Origin: Polyangiales bacterium
GTDB taxonomy: Bacteria > Myxococcota_A > Polyangia > Polyangiales > Polyangiaceae
NCBI GenBank assembly: GCA_038230375.1
Contig: JBBRNJ010000005.1
Coordinates: 96,001 to 160,000 of the forward strand
Reading direction: 5' to 3'
Length of the DNA stretch: 64,000 nt
Below, in pieces: positions 18,314 to 26,388 of the stretch. The position numbers and the translations under genes are program-made. Within the stretch, counting starts at the first letter, position 1. Every line of letters starts with the position of its first letter. Below the pieces are notes generated by a model, which ran no database searches, was not told the origin of the DNA, and was given only the letters and a program-made list of their open reading frames with translations.

Positions 18314-18901
18314 TCACTCCGGGCGGATGTGTCCGCCGACCGGGTGCCGGTTCTCCCAGTAGCGCTCGCTGGACCCCTGGCGCATGATCGTCAGGCGGAG
18401 CAGGTCCACGCCCACGAGCACGTTGATGCCGCGCGTGTACGGTCCGTCGCCGGTCAGGTTGTAGAAGTCGCCGCCGACAGAGAGCTCGATGCCCCACGGA
18501 GCGCCGCCCACGATGCGCGCTTGAATTGGCCATTTTCCCGAGTCGCCGTTGCCCCACGTGCGGAAGCCGGGGCCCACGTCCAGCGCCAGGCCGTAGTCAC
18601 CGCGCGCGAAGCCGCCGCTTGCGGCTCGGATGTTGAGCCCCAGGTCGGTGCCGAGCGTGGGGTAGGTGGTGAGGCGAAAGAGGCCGCCGAGCACGAGCCG
18701 GTTTGCGGGAGAAGAACCCACGCCGAGCGCGAAGGAGATCGCGCCGGCCTTGTTGTCGCGCTGGGCGATCGCATCGTGCTGCAACGACCAACCGCCAGCC
18801 ACGGAGAGGAAGGAAGAAGGCTCGGCATGCGCGCGCCCGGCGAACAGGGTGAGCGAAGCCATGGCGGTGGTGAAAAGGGCAAAGCGACCGAGGGAACGCA
18901 C
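18314..18901 (-). CDS. Secreted/outer-membrane beta-strand-rich hypothetical protein
   Basis: Signal peptide ending AHA-E, then alternating hydrophobic beta-strands. One base separates it from the DUF72 start. Confidence 0.7.
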   Translation of the reverse strand: MRSLGRFALFTTAMASLTLFAGRAHAEPSSFLSVAGGWSLQHDAIAQRDNKAGAISFALGVGSSPANRLVLGGLFRLTTYPTLGTDLGLNIRAASGGFARGDYGLALDVGPGFRTWGNGDSGKWPIQARIVGGAPWGIELSVGGDFYNLTGDGPYTRGINVLVGVDLLRLTIMRQGSSERYWENRHPVGGHIRPE

Positions 18902-18936
18902 GCCCCAGGATTATCACACCTCGCCAAGGGCGTGGG

Positions 18937-19641
18937 TCAGCGCGTGCGGACGCGCTGGATGATCGTCCGGACCGAGACGTCGTCGTAGAGCAACGTGTTG
19001 TGGCCTCGGCCCGGAAGTGTGACGACATCACCGCGCGGGAAGATCGCGCTCTTCGCGGGGACGATCAGCGCGTCCTCGCCCGCCACGATGGACGTGTGCG
19101 GCACCTCGAACTCGTGCGCGCGGCTCCGCAGCTTGCGAAGGATGTGGCTCTCCGTGGTGAGCGCCGCGCCGATCAGGATGGGGAGGGTGTTCGCGTGCTT
19201 GGTCCCCGAGAAGGGGCTCGCAAGTGAGATGGTCTGCACCACACGCTCGTGGCCGCCCAGCTCCTGCACGTACCAGCGCGCCACGAGACCGCCGAGACTG
19301 TGACCGACAAGGTGGATGCGCGCGCCGCCATGGATGCGGTCGATGACCTTCTTCAGGCTCTTCGCGATCCGCGGCACGCTCTGCAGCGGCGCATGAGAGA
19401 AGCTGGCTACGTGCGCAAAGGCCTCTTGCTCCAGGCGCTTGCGCATGGGTCGGAACACGCCGGCACTCGCCATGAAGCCGTGGATGAGGACCACGACGTC
19501 CTCACCATCACGCGCCTCGGGGACGATCGGCAGGATGTCCCGCGGCATCAGCACGACCTCTCGCAGCGTCGCGAGGGTCTCCGTCACGTGCGGGAAGCGC
19601 GGTGCAGGCAGTGAATCCGTCCACGATCGCATGAGCATCAT
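18937..19641 (-). CDS. Alpha/beta hydrolase (lipase/esterase-like)
   Basis: VVLIHGF, nucleophile elbow GHSLGG, SPFSGT, D..IVP and catalytic GH motifs. Confidence 0.88.
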   Translation of the reverse strand: MMLMRSWTDSLPAPRFPHVTETLATLREVVLMPRDILPIVPEARDGEDVVVLIHGFMASAGVFRPMRKRLEQEAFAHVASFSHAPLQSVPRIAKSLKKVIDRIHGGARIHLVGHSLGGLVARWYVQELGGHERVVQTISLASPFSGTKHANTLPILIGAALTTESHILRKLRSRAHEFEVPHTSIVAGEDALIVPAKSAIFPRGDVVTLPGRGHNTLLYDDVSVRTIIQRVRTR

Positions 19642-19845
19642 TCAAGGAAGCACGACCCATGCGCGGTGGCCCAATTTGACGACGCCCGCTCCTGCGGCCG
19701 CGTTTTCACCTTTGAAATGCGCGCCGCTGCGATCAGCGCTTCGCGGTCCATCCGTCTGGTGCGAATGGGCCGTGACGGCGCCTCGGTCGGTTGGCGTCGT
19801 TCAGCGTGAGGCAGTGTGCGACGAGCGCGAAGCCGTTCGAAGACG

Positions 19846-20286
19846 TCAGCGCGGGTCGCGCGCGCACCCATCGGGGATCGCCTGTATGAGGCGACCGCAT
19901 GGCTGCGAGCCACGAAACCCCCGGCGTGCGCATTCGTCGTTCGCCCACGTGGCCATCTTGAAGATGTCGGTGCGCTCGGGCACGTCCTTGCAGGTCCCGT
20001 CCTCCTGTGCGACGCCCATGCACGACGTGAGCGCGATCTTGTTGCCGGCCTCGCAGACGAAGTCGAACGTGCCGCAGTCCTTCAGGTGCGAGAGCGCTTC
20101 GTCCACGCACTGACCCTTCGTATGCGTGGCGCCGAACCGGGTGCCGTTCTCCTGCGCCTGCTTGCCGGTGGCGGCGAACTTGTCCTTGTTGGCAGAGGCC
20201 CACCACACGACGCCGCCAACGAGCAGGGCAAGTCCGAGCACCCCGGCGCCGATCACGATGAGCACGACCTTCAGCCACTTCGGCAT
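19846..20286 (-). CDS. Membrane-anchored Cys-rich hypothetical protein
   Basis: MPKWLKVVLIVIG TM anchor followed by a region with eight cysteines. Confidence 0.7.
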   Translation of the reverse strand: MPKWLKVVLIVIGAGVLGLALLVGGVVWWASANKDKFAATGKQAQENGTRFGATHTKGQCVDEALSHLKDCGTFDFVCEAGNKIALTSCMGVAQEDGTCKDVPERTDIFKMATWANDECARRGFRGSQPCGRLIQAIPDGCARDPR

Positions 20287-20302
20287 GATGACCTCACGTT
20301 TC

Positions 20303-20812
20303 TCATAGCCCCTGGTCGATCGCGTCGATGATGCCGCGCACCTCGACCGCGGTCTCGAGCTCGGGTCGGGCCTCCAGGTAGGCGGCGAGGTGCCGCCTGG
20401 CCGCGGCCTTGTCGCCCCGCGCGTAGTACGCCATCCCCACGGCGTAGAGGGCGTCGGAGTCGCCGGGTTGCTGCTCCAGCGCGACCATTCCTTCCTTGAT
20501 CGCCTCGCGGTAGTCACCCAGCTGACGGAGCACGTGCGACAGCGACACGCGCGCGCCCACGTACCCAGGCGCGAGCTTCAGCGCAGCACGATAGGCGTCA
20601 CGCGCTGGCTCCATCTCGCCGCTCTCGAACATGGCCACGCCGACCCAGTTGTACGCGTAGGAGTTCTTCGCGTCTTTCTCGAGCACGCGGCGGAGCGCGT
20701 CGAGTGCGTCGCGATAGTGCTCTTCGACGATGAGCTCCACGGCCTCTTCGACCGCGTCCCATCGAGCGGCGTCTTCCGGGTCCGTGAAGGTGGGTGCTTT
20801 GATCTCGGCCAT
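20303..20812 (-). CDS. Tetratricopeptide repeat protein
   Basis: TPR-like repeats: AYNWVGVAMFESG, ARVSLSHVLRQLG, ALYAVGMAYYARG. Confidence 0.85.
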   Translation of the reverse strand: MAEIKAPTFTDPEDAARWDAVEEAVELIVEEHYRDALDALRRVLEKDAKNSYAYNWVGVAMFESGEMEPARDAYRAALKLAPGYVGARVSLSHVLRQLGDYREAIKEGMVALEQQPGDSDALYAVGMAYYARGDKAAARRHLAAYLEARPELETAVEVRGIIDAIDQGL

Positions 20813-20892
20813 CTGTGGTCACCTGCGGTGTTCCGGCTGTATAGCCCGAAATCGCCGCGATCGCCGCTCCTTGTGCGCTGTACTCTCGCGCC

Positions 20893-22911
20893 GTGCGTCC
20901 CAAGGGCGATGCGAGAGAGAAGCTTGGGATCGCGCTCATCACGGGCGCGCTCGCGGCGCTGTTCTGGATACCGGCGGCTGCGCGCACGGGCGGTGCGTTC
21001 CCGGCGCCGCTGGACGACGTGTACATCCACTTCGACTACGCGCGCGCGCTTGCGCAGGGCAGCCCGTTTGCGTGGCTGTCCGGTCAGGGGTACTCGTCTG
21101 GCGAGACAGCGCCGCTCTACGCATGTCTCCTGTCGCTGGGCTGGCTCGTGGGCTTTCGCGGAAGCGCGCTCGGCTGGTTCGCAGGTGCCATTGCGCTCGT
21201 GTCCGTGTACTCGGGCCTGCGCGCCGCGGCGCGGATCCTTCGCGACCTGTGTCTGCCGGCCCGGCTGGTCGGGCTTCTTCTGCTGGCCTCTGCGTCCGTC
21301 ACGCCGTGGCTCCTCTTCTCCGGCATGGAAGGGGCGCTGTATTTTGCATGCATGATGCATGCAGTTGCTGCATACGACCAGCTCACGCGAGAGAGAGGCG
21401 GTCCGCATCCGAGAAGCGGACGGAGCCGGGCGTCGCAGCTCTCGCATCTGGGGTGGCTCTCCGTCGCGATGTTCCTGCTCCGCCCGGAGTCGCTGACGCT
21501 CACATGGCTCTTCGCCGTGGGCGTGGGGCGAGCGCAGCGTGGTCCACACGCGCTGCCGGCGATCGCGCGCGTGGCGCTACCGACCATCGTCGCGCTCGGG
21601 CTCTTCGCGCTGATGAACCAGGCTTTCACGGGCTATCCGGAGGCGGCGGGCGCGAAGCTGAAGCTGCTCTCCGAGAATCCGTACCTCTCGAACGTGGACC
21701 GGGCGCGCGAGCTCGCGCTCAATCTCTTCCACTTCGGTGCACGTGCGCTGGGCCAGGAGCTGTCGTCCTTCGGCCGCGCCTCCTCCGTGCTCGTGGGGCT
21801 CGGCGTGGTCGCGCTCCTGTCGCGGCGGACCCGGAGCACGGCGGCGGTCTGCCTCGTGGGTGGGCTCGCGTTCGCACTGCTCGTGTCGTGGAACGGCGCC
21901 GCGCGCTACCAGAACTTCCGCTACTACGTCCCGGCGATCTCCCTGCTGGTCCTCTGCGCGCTGCTCGGTGCGTCGCGCCTCTCACGCCCGCGCGGCCTGT
22001 GGATCCCCGTCGCCATCGCGATGGGTCTCTACACGTTCATGGCGGTGCCCAGCGTGCGCGCGCAAAGCGTGTACTTTGCACGTTGTGCGGCGAACATACG
22101 CTGGCAACAGGTCCAGGTCGGCGTGCGCGTCGGAAGCGAGCTACCGGCAGAGGCGATCGTGCTCGTGGGAGATGCGGGCGCGATTCCGTACGTGTCGGGG
22201 CGTCGTGCCGTGGATGCGATCGGCCTGGGCGGCTACCACGGCGTGCCGTTCGTGCTCGCCGCGACCCAGGGCGAGGCGGCCACCGTGGAGCTGATCGAGA
22301 GGCTGCCACTGGACCTTCGGCCCACGCACATGGCGCTGTTCCCGAACTGGTTCCCGGGGCTGACGCAGCGGTTCGGTCACGAGCTGTTCCGCGTCACGGT
22401 GGGCGACGTGGCGATCTCGGGCGGCCCGGTGAAAGCAGTGTACGCGGCCGACTGGTCCGCGCTCGCGTCGCCGGACGAGGGCCGCGAGCCACGAACGCCG
22501 GCCGTGCTCGACGAGCTCGACGTGTGCGATGTGCTGTCGGAGCGCGCGCACGACTACGTCAGCCCGGCGCCGCGAGGCGGGTGGACCACGCTGGACGTCC
22601 GCGATGACGGCGTCCATCGCGCGCGATTCGACGGCGGCCGCACCATTCCGCCAGGTGAAGCCGAGACGTTCGTCATCCACGCGGAGGGCAGGCTCACCCT
22701 CGTTGCACGCTGGGACGTGGACAGCGGGCGAGACAGGGACGCACCGGCGATCCTCGTGGGTGACACGCTGATCGCGGCGCCGCTCGCGCTGAAGAGGCCG
22801 GGCTACTTCACGGACGTTCGTATACCCCTCGGTGATGTCCGCAAGGACACGCGCATCATCGTGCAAGCGGGCAACGCGACGCTGCACAGCTACCACTACT
22901 GGCTGGAGTGA
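20893..22911 (+). CDS. Polytopic membrane protein, probable GT-C fold glycosyltransferase with a C-terminal extracytoplasmic domain
   Basis: First loop carries DDVYIHFDYARALAQG...SSGETAPLY. SGMEG, LLRPE, RYYVP, DAGAIPY and DAIGL motifs, with many TM segments. Confidence 0.75.
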   Translation: MRPKGDAREKLGIALITGALAALFWIPAAARTGGAFPAPLDDVYIHFDYARALAQGSPFAWLSGQGYSSGETAPLYACLLSLGWLVGFRGSALGWFAGAIALVSVYSGLRAAARILRDLCLPARLVGLLLLASASVTPWLLFSGMEGALYFACMMHAVAAYDQLTRERGGPHPRSGRSRASQLSHLGWLSVAMFLLRPESLTLTWLFAVGVGRAQRGPHALPAIARVALPTIVALGLFALMNQAFTGYPEAAGAKLKLLSENPYLSNVDRARELALNLFHFGARALGQELSSFGRASSVLVGLGVVALLSRRTRSTAAVCLVGGLAFALLVSWNGAARYQNFRYYVPAISLLVLCALLGASRLSRPRGLWIPVAIAMGLYTFMAVPSVRAQSVYFARCAANIRWQQVQVGVRVGSELPAEAIVLVGDAGAIPYVSGRRAVDAIGLGGYHGVPFVLAATQGEAATVELIERLPLDLRPTHMALFPNWFPGLTQRFGHELFRVTVGDVAISGGPVKAVYAADWSALASPDEGREPRTPAVLDELDVCDVLSERAHDYVSPAPRGGWTTLDVRDDGVHRARFDGGRTIPPGEAETFVIHAEGRLTLVARWDVDSGRDRDAPAILVGDTLIAAPLALKRPGYFTDVRIPLGDVRKDTRIIVQAGNATLHSYHYWLE

Positions 22912-25055
22912 TCGTCGCGGTCGAAGCGGGCTTCGGGATCCAGGAGATAGCCATCGTCGCGACGGAGCAGCACGTCCGTGAGCCCCAGCTTCCGCAGGCG
23001 TCTGACTGCGGTGTACACGCGCAGCATGCCGGCGTCGTAGAGGACCTTCTCGTCCGGCCAACCCGCAGTCAGCAGCTCGTCAGCCGTGAGCGCGCGGTCC
23101 TTGTGCTCCTCGTGCGCAAGGAGGAGCGCGAGCAAGACCCGGCGAAGCGAGCCGTGGCGGGTGAGATCGATGCGAGGGCCGCCTTCGGGCGTCAAGAAGC
23201 GCGCTTCCTTCGCCCAAAAAAAGCGGGTAGATGCCTTCGCCTCGCCAGGCGTGGGGCCATTCTCTTGTGACAGCGCGGCAAGGTGAATGCGATCGATCGC
23301 CTCGCCCATGCTGTGCCCCTGCGTCTTTCGTCGTGCGAGGGAAGCGAGCAGCTCTTCACGCTGCCTCGCCTTGTCCACTCTTGCGCTCTCCAGCGAGAGG
23401 CCGAAGAGCGCGGCGATGCTGGTCACCTTGCCCTTGCGGATCACGTCCTTTGCGTCCACGTGCAGCGCATACGCAGCGGTCAGCGCGCGCCGCCCTGCCT
23501 CGAGATCGCCAGACGCGAGCGACAGGACGCCCAGCGCCGCCAGCGCGTCCGCTGTCCCGCGCGGCTCGCGTGAGCGCTCGTAGTGCTCGCGCGCCTCCGA
23601 GAGGGCTGTGGTCGCCGCGGCTGCGTCACCGCGAGCCAGGGCGGTCCATCCGCGCGTGCGGAGCAGCTCCACGCGTGTTTCCTCCGAGATGCCCGGGATC
23701 TCGTCGGCCAGCGCCGCGTGCGCGTCCGTGGGCGAAGCAAGCTCCAGCGCAACGCGGGCGGCGAGCAGGCGCGTGCGTGCACGAAGGTTCGGCTCTCCGG
23801 ACGCATCCGCGGCGGCGATGGCCTGGGTGAAGAACGGCGTGCGCAGATCGCAGGCATCGCGGAACAAGATGACGTCCGACAGCGCCACCGCGATGCGCGC
23901 CGCACGCTCTGGTGCGGACACGCGCGAGCGCTCGAACGCCGCAAGCAGGTTGGGCAGTGCCTCCTCCAGCTCCGTGAGCGCGGCCTCGGCGCTTGCTCCG
24001 TAGGTGTGGAGGGCAGCGCGCTCCGCGAGCTCCAGATAGTGCTGCGCATGGCGCTCCATCGCCGCTTCCAGCTCCTTCGCGTCGGCGATGTCGCGCGCGT
24101 AGGCCCGTACGGTCTCGTACATGGAGACATGAGCCACGTCGCCGCGACGGTCCAGCGTGAGCCACGAGCGGCGCAGGAGCGACTGCACCACATCCAGCGC
24201 GTCGGTATCTGCGGACGGAAATGGGCCGCAGACGGCCTCGATCGCCTCGAGCGTGCAGGGACCGTCGAACGCCCCCATGCACGCAAGCGCGTGGCGCTCG
24301 TCGTCGGTGCTGCGCTCCAGCGACCACCCAAGGGCGGCGCGCAGCGTGGCGTGGCGCTCCGGCACGTCGCGCCGTTCCGTGCGCAATACACGCAATAGCT
24401 CGCTCTTGCGCGCCAGCAGCTCCTTCGGGCTGAGCAGCTGCGCGCGGAACGCGGCCATCTCGATCGCGAGCGGGATGCCTTCGAGCAGCTCCGCCACGGC
24501 GCGCGCGTCCTCGTCGCTCACCGCTGCGTCCGCACACGCGCGGAACAGCTCGACCGACGCAGCCACGGAGAGCGGGCCCACCGGTAAGATCTCCTCGCCC
24601 TTGATGCCGAGCGGCTCGCGCGAAGTCACCACGAACGCCACGTCGCCAAGGTCCGAGCGCGCTTCGTGATCTCCGCCAGGGGACCGCGACAGCAGCGATG
24701 CCACGTGCGCGATCACCGGGTCCACGTCGTCCAGGACGACAAGCTTCGCACCGCTCTTCGCGACCTGCCCCATGACGGCCTCTGCCCGGGTCTCCCGGTT
24801 GTTGCCGATCGCGCGCGACAGCCTGCGAAGCACGCCGGCGCGGTCCTTCGCGCCGTCCAGCGAGACGTGACGTGCGGGCTGCGCATCCCCTTCGGTCGCG
24901 CGTCGCGCAAGCTCACGTGCGAGCGCGCTCTTTCCGAAGCCGGCGGGCCCCGTGACCGTCACCACGCGCGCGCCCCCGCGAAGCAAGCTGAGGCCCGCCT
25001 TGACCTCCGCCTCGCGTCCGAACAGCTCCGTGTGCGCCGCCATCCAGCCGAGCAT
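22896..25055 (-). CDS. STAND-type ATPase with TPR-like region and C-terminal winged-helix domain
   Basis: LFGREAE, Walker A GPAGFGKS, Walker B VVLDD, VTSREPL, GIPLAIEMAA and RHATLRAALGWS motifs. C-terminal GWPDEKV...RVYTAVRRLRK. Start may be 25043. Confidence 0.85.
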   Translation of the reverse strand: MLGWMAAHTELFGREAEVKAGLSLLRGGARVVTVTGPAGFGKSALARELARRATEGDAQPARHVSLDGAKDRAGVLRRLSRAIGNNRETRAEAVMGQVAKSGAKLVVLDDVDPVIAHVASLLSRSPGGDHEARSDLGDVAFVVTSREPLGIKGEEILPVGPLSVAASVELFRACADAAVSDEDARAVAELLEGIPLAIEMAAFRAQLLSPKELLARKSELLRVLRTERRDVPERHATLRAALGWSLERSTDDERHALACMGAFDGPCTLEAIEAVCGPFPSADTDALDVVQSLLRRSWLTLDRRGDVAHVSMYETVRAYARDIADAKELEAAMERHAQHYLELAERAALHTYGASAEAALTELEEALPNLLAAFERSRVSAPERAARIAVALSDVILFRDACDLRTPFFTQAIAAADASGEPNLRARTRLLAARVALELASPTDAHAALADEIPGISEETRVELLRTRGWTALARGDAAAATTALSEAREHYERSREPRGTADALAALGVLSLASGDLEAGRRALTAAYALHVDAKDVIRKGKVTSIAALFGLSLESARVDKARQREELLASLARRKTQGHSMGEAIDRIHLAALSQENGPTPGEAKASTRFFWAKEARFLTPEGGPRIDLTRHGSLRRVLLALLLAHEEHKDRALTADELLTAGWPDEKVLYDAGMLRVYTAVRRLRKLGLTDVLLRRDDGYLLDPEARFDRDDHSSQ

Positions 25056-25158
25056 AGGCCCTTGTCGCTCTCAAAAAAACGGCCGCCCGTGAGTCCGGGT
25101 CATTTCGTGTCAGTGGCAGTCATTTGTGGCTGTGCGGATCAGGACGTACGGAAGTCTC

Positions 25159-26388
25159 ATGGCCTCTTCTTTTCTTTCTTCGAAACGACACGACGCGCGC
25201 TGGCGCCCAGCACCGCTTGCCGCTCCACTCCACGCCGCCTGGACCGCGCTTCTCTGGGTGGGGGCCGGCGCGGTCTCTGGCCTGGTCTCCTTCGCGTTCG
25301 GTCAGTCGCAGAACCTGATGGTGTTCAGGCAAGCGGCGCGCGATCTCGTCACGGGCGAGGACCTCTACGTGAAGCACGCAGCCGACTACTTCAAGTACAG
25401 CCCGACGTTCGCGCTGCTCTTCGTGCCCCTTGCGGCGTTGCCGCCGTGGCTGTGCGCATGCGCGTGGGGCGCGCTCAACTTTGGCGTCGCGTGGGCCGGC
25501 CTCTACGGCTTCGTCGACGACCCGAGCAAGCGCGAGCGCGCCGTCCTGTTCGCGCTCTTCGGGGTGCTGCTGGCGACGGACGGCGACCAATCGAACCTAC
25601 TGGTGCTCGGCCTCTGCTTGCTTGCGGTGCGCGCGCTGTCGCGTGGGCGCGGCAACACGTTCGCGGTGCTGCTCGCGCTGGGCGCAGCCATCAAGGTGTT
25701 CCCGCTCCTGTGCGCGCTTGCGATCGTGCTGTATCCGCGGAAGGTCGCGAACGCGGTGCGGCTCCTCGTCGCGGGCGGCGTGCTCGTCGCGCTTCCCATG
25801 CTCGTCACGTCTTCGCGGCTCCTGGTACGCGACTACGCCTCGTGGCGCGCGCTCCTTGCCTGGGATCACGACAACGTGGGCTGGAGCGTGATGAGCATGC
25901 TCCAGAAGGGCGCGGGCCTCTCGGCGAGCAACACCGCGCTGCAGGCAGTCTGCTTGTGCGCGCTTGCAATACCCCTCTTGCTCGCCGTCCGGTACGGCGC
26001 AGATACCGCGTTCAAGCGCACGTTCATTGCGTCGGTGCTCGTGTTCTCCGTCCTGTGGAACCACCGCGCGGAGTACGCGACATACGTCATCTTCGCCGGT
26101 GCGGTCTCCGCGTGGTGGTCCGTGGCCAAGGTGTCTGTCGCGCGCACCACGCTCGTGGTCCTCGCGTTCGTGTGTGTGGGACCGTTCTTCACACGCGCGG
26201 ACCCCAGCGTGACAGGGCTGTTCTCCATCCTTGGCGCCCACCGCCTCTTTCATCCCTTGCGTGTGCTGCCGCCGCTCCTGTGCTGGCTCTGGATGCAGCG
26301 CGACCTCTATGCGCGCTTCATCTCGGTCACTGTCGAATGGCGCAAGGGCGTGACCCTGCAGCGGCTGGAGGAGCAACATGCTCCGTGA
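25159..26388 (+). CDS. Glycosyltransferase family 87 (DUF2029) membrane protein
   Basis: VFRQAARDLVTGEDLY, DYFKYSPTFALLFVPLA, QSNLL and AIKVFP motifs with multiple TM helices. Confidence 0.85.
   Translation: MASSFLSSKRHDARWRPAPLAAPLHAAWTALLWVGAGAVSGLVSFAFGQSQNLMVFRQAARDLVTGEDLYVKHAADYFKYSPTFALLFVPLAALPPWLCACAWGALNFGVAWAGLYGFVDDPSKRERAVLFALFGVLLATDGDQSNLLVLGLCLLAVRALSRGRGNTFAVLLALGAAIKVFPLLCALAIVLYPRKVANAVRLLVAGGVLVALPMLVTSSRLLVRDYASWRALLAWDHDNVGWSVMSMLQKGAGLSASNTALQAVCLCALAIPLLLAVRYGADTAFKRTFIASVLVFSVLWNHRAEYATYVIFAGAVSAWWSVAKVSVARTTLVVLAFVCVGPFFTRADPSVTGLFSILGAHRLFHPLRVLPPLLCWLWMQRDLYARFISVTVEWRKGVTLQRLEEQHAP

Noticed and set aside
22896..25055. STAND ATPase as an Avs-type anti-phage system
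   Set aside because: It has a C-terminal winged-helix domain and no nuclease, TIR or SIR2 effector, and there is no defence-island context. It fits a transcriptional regulator better.
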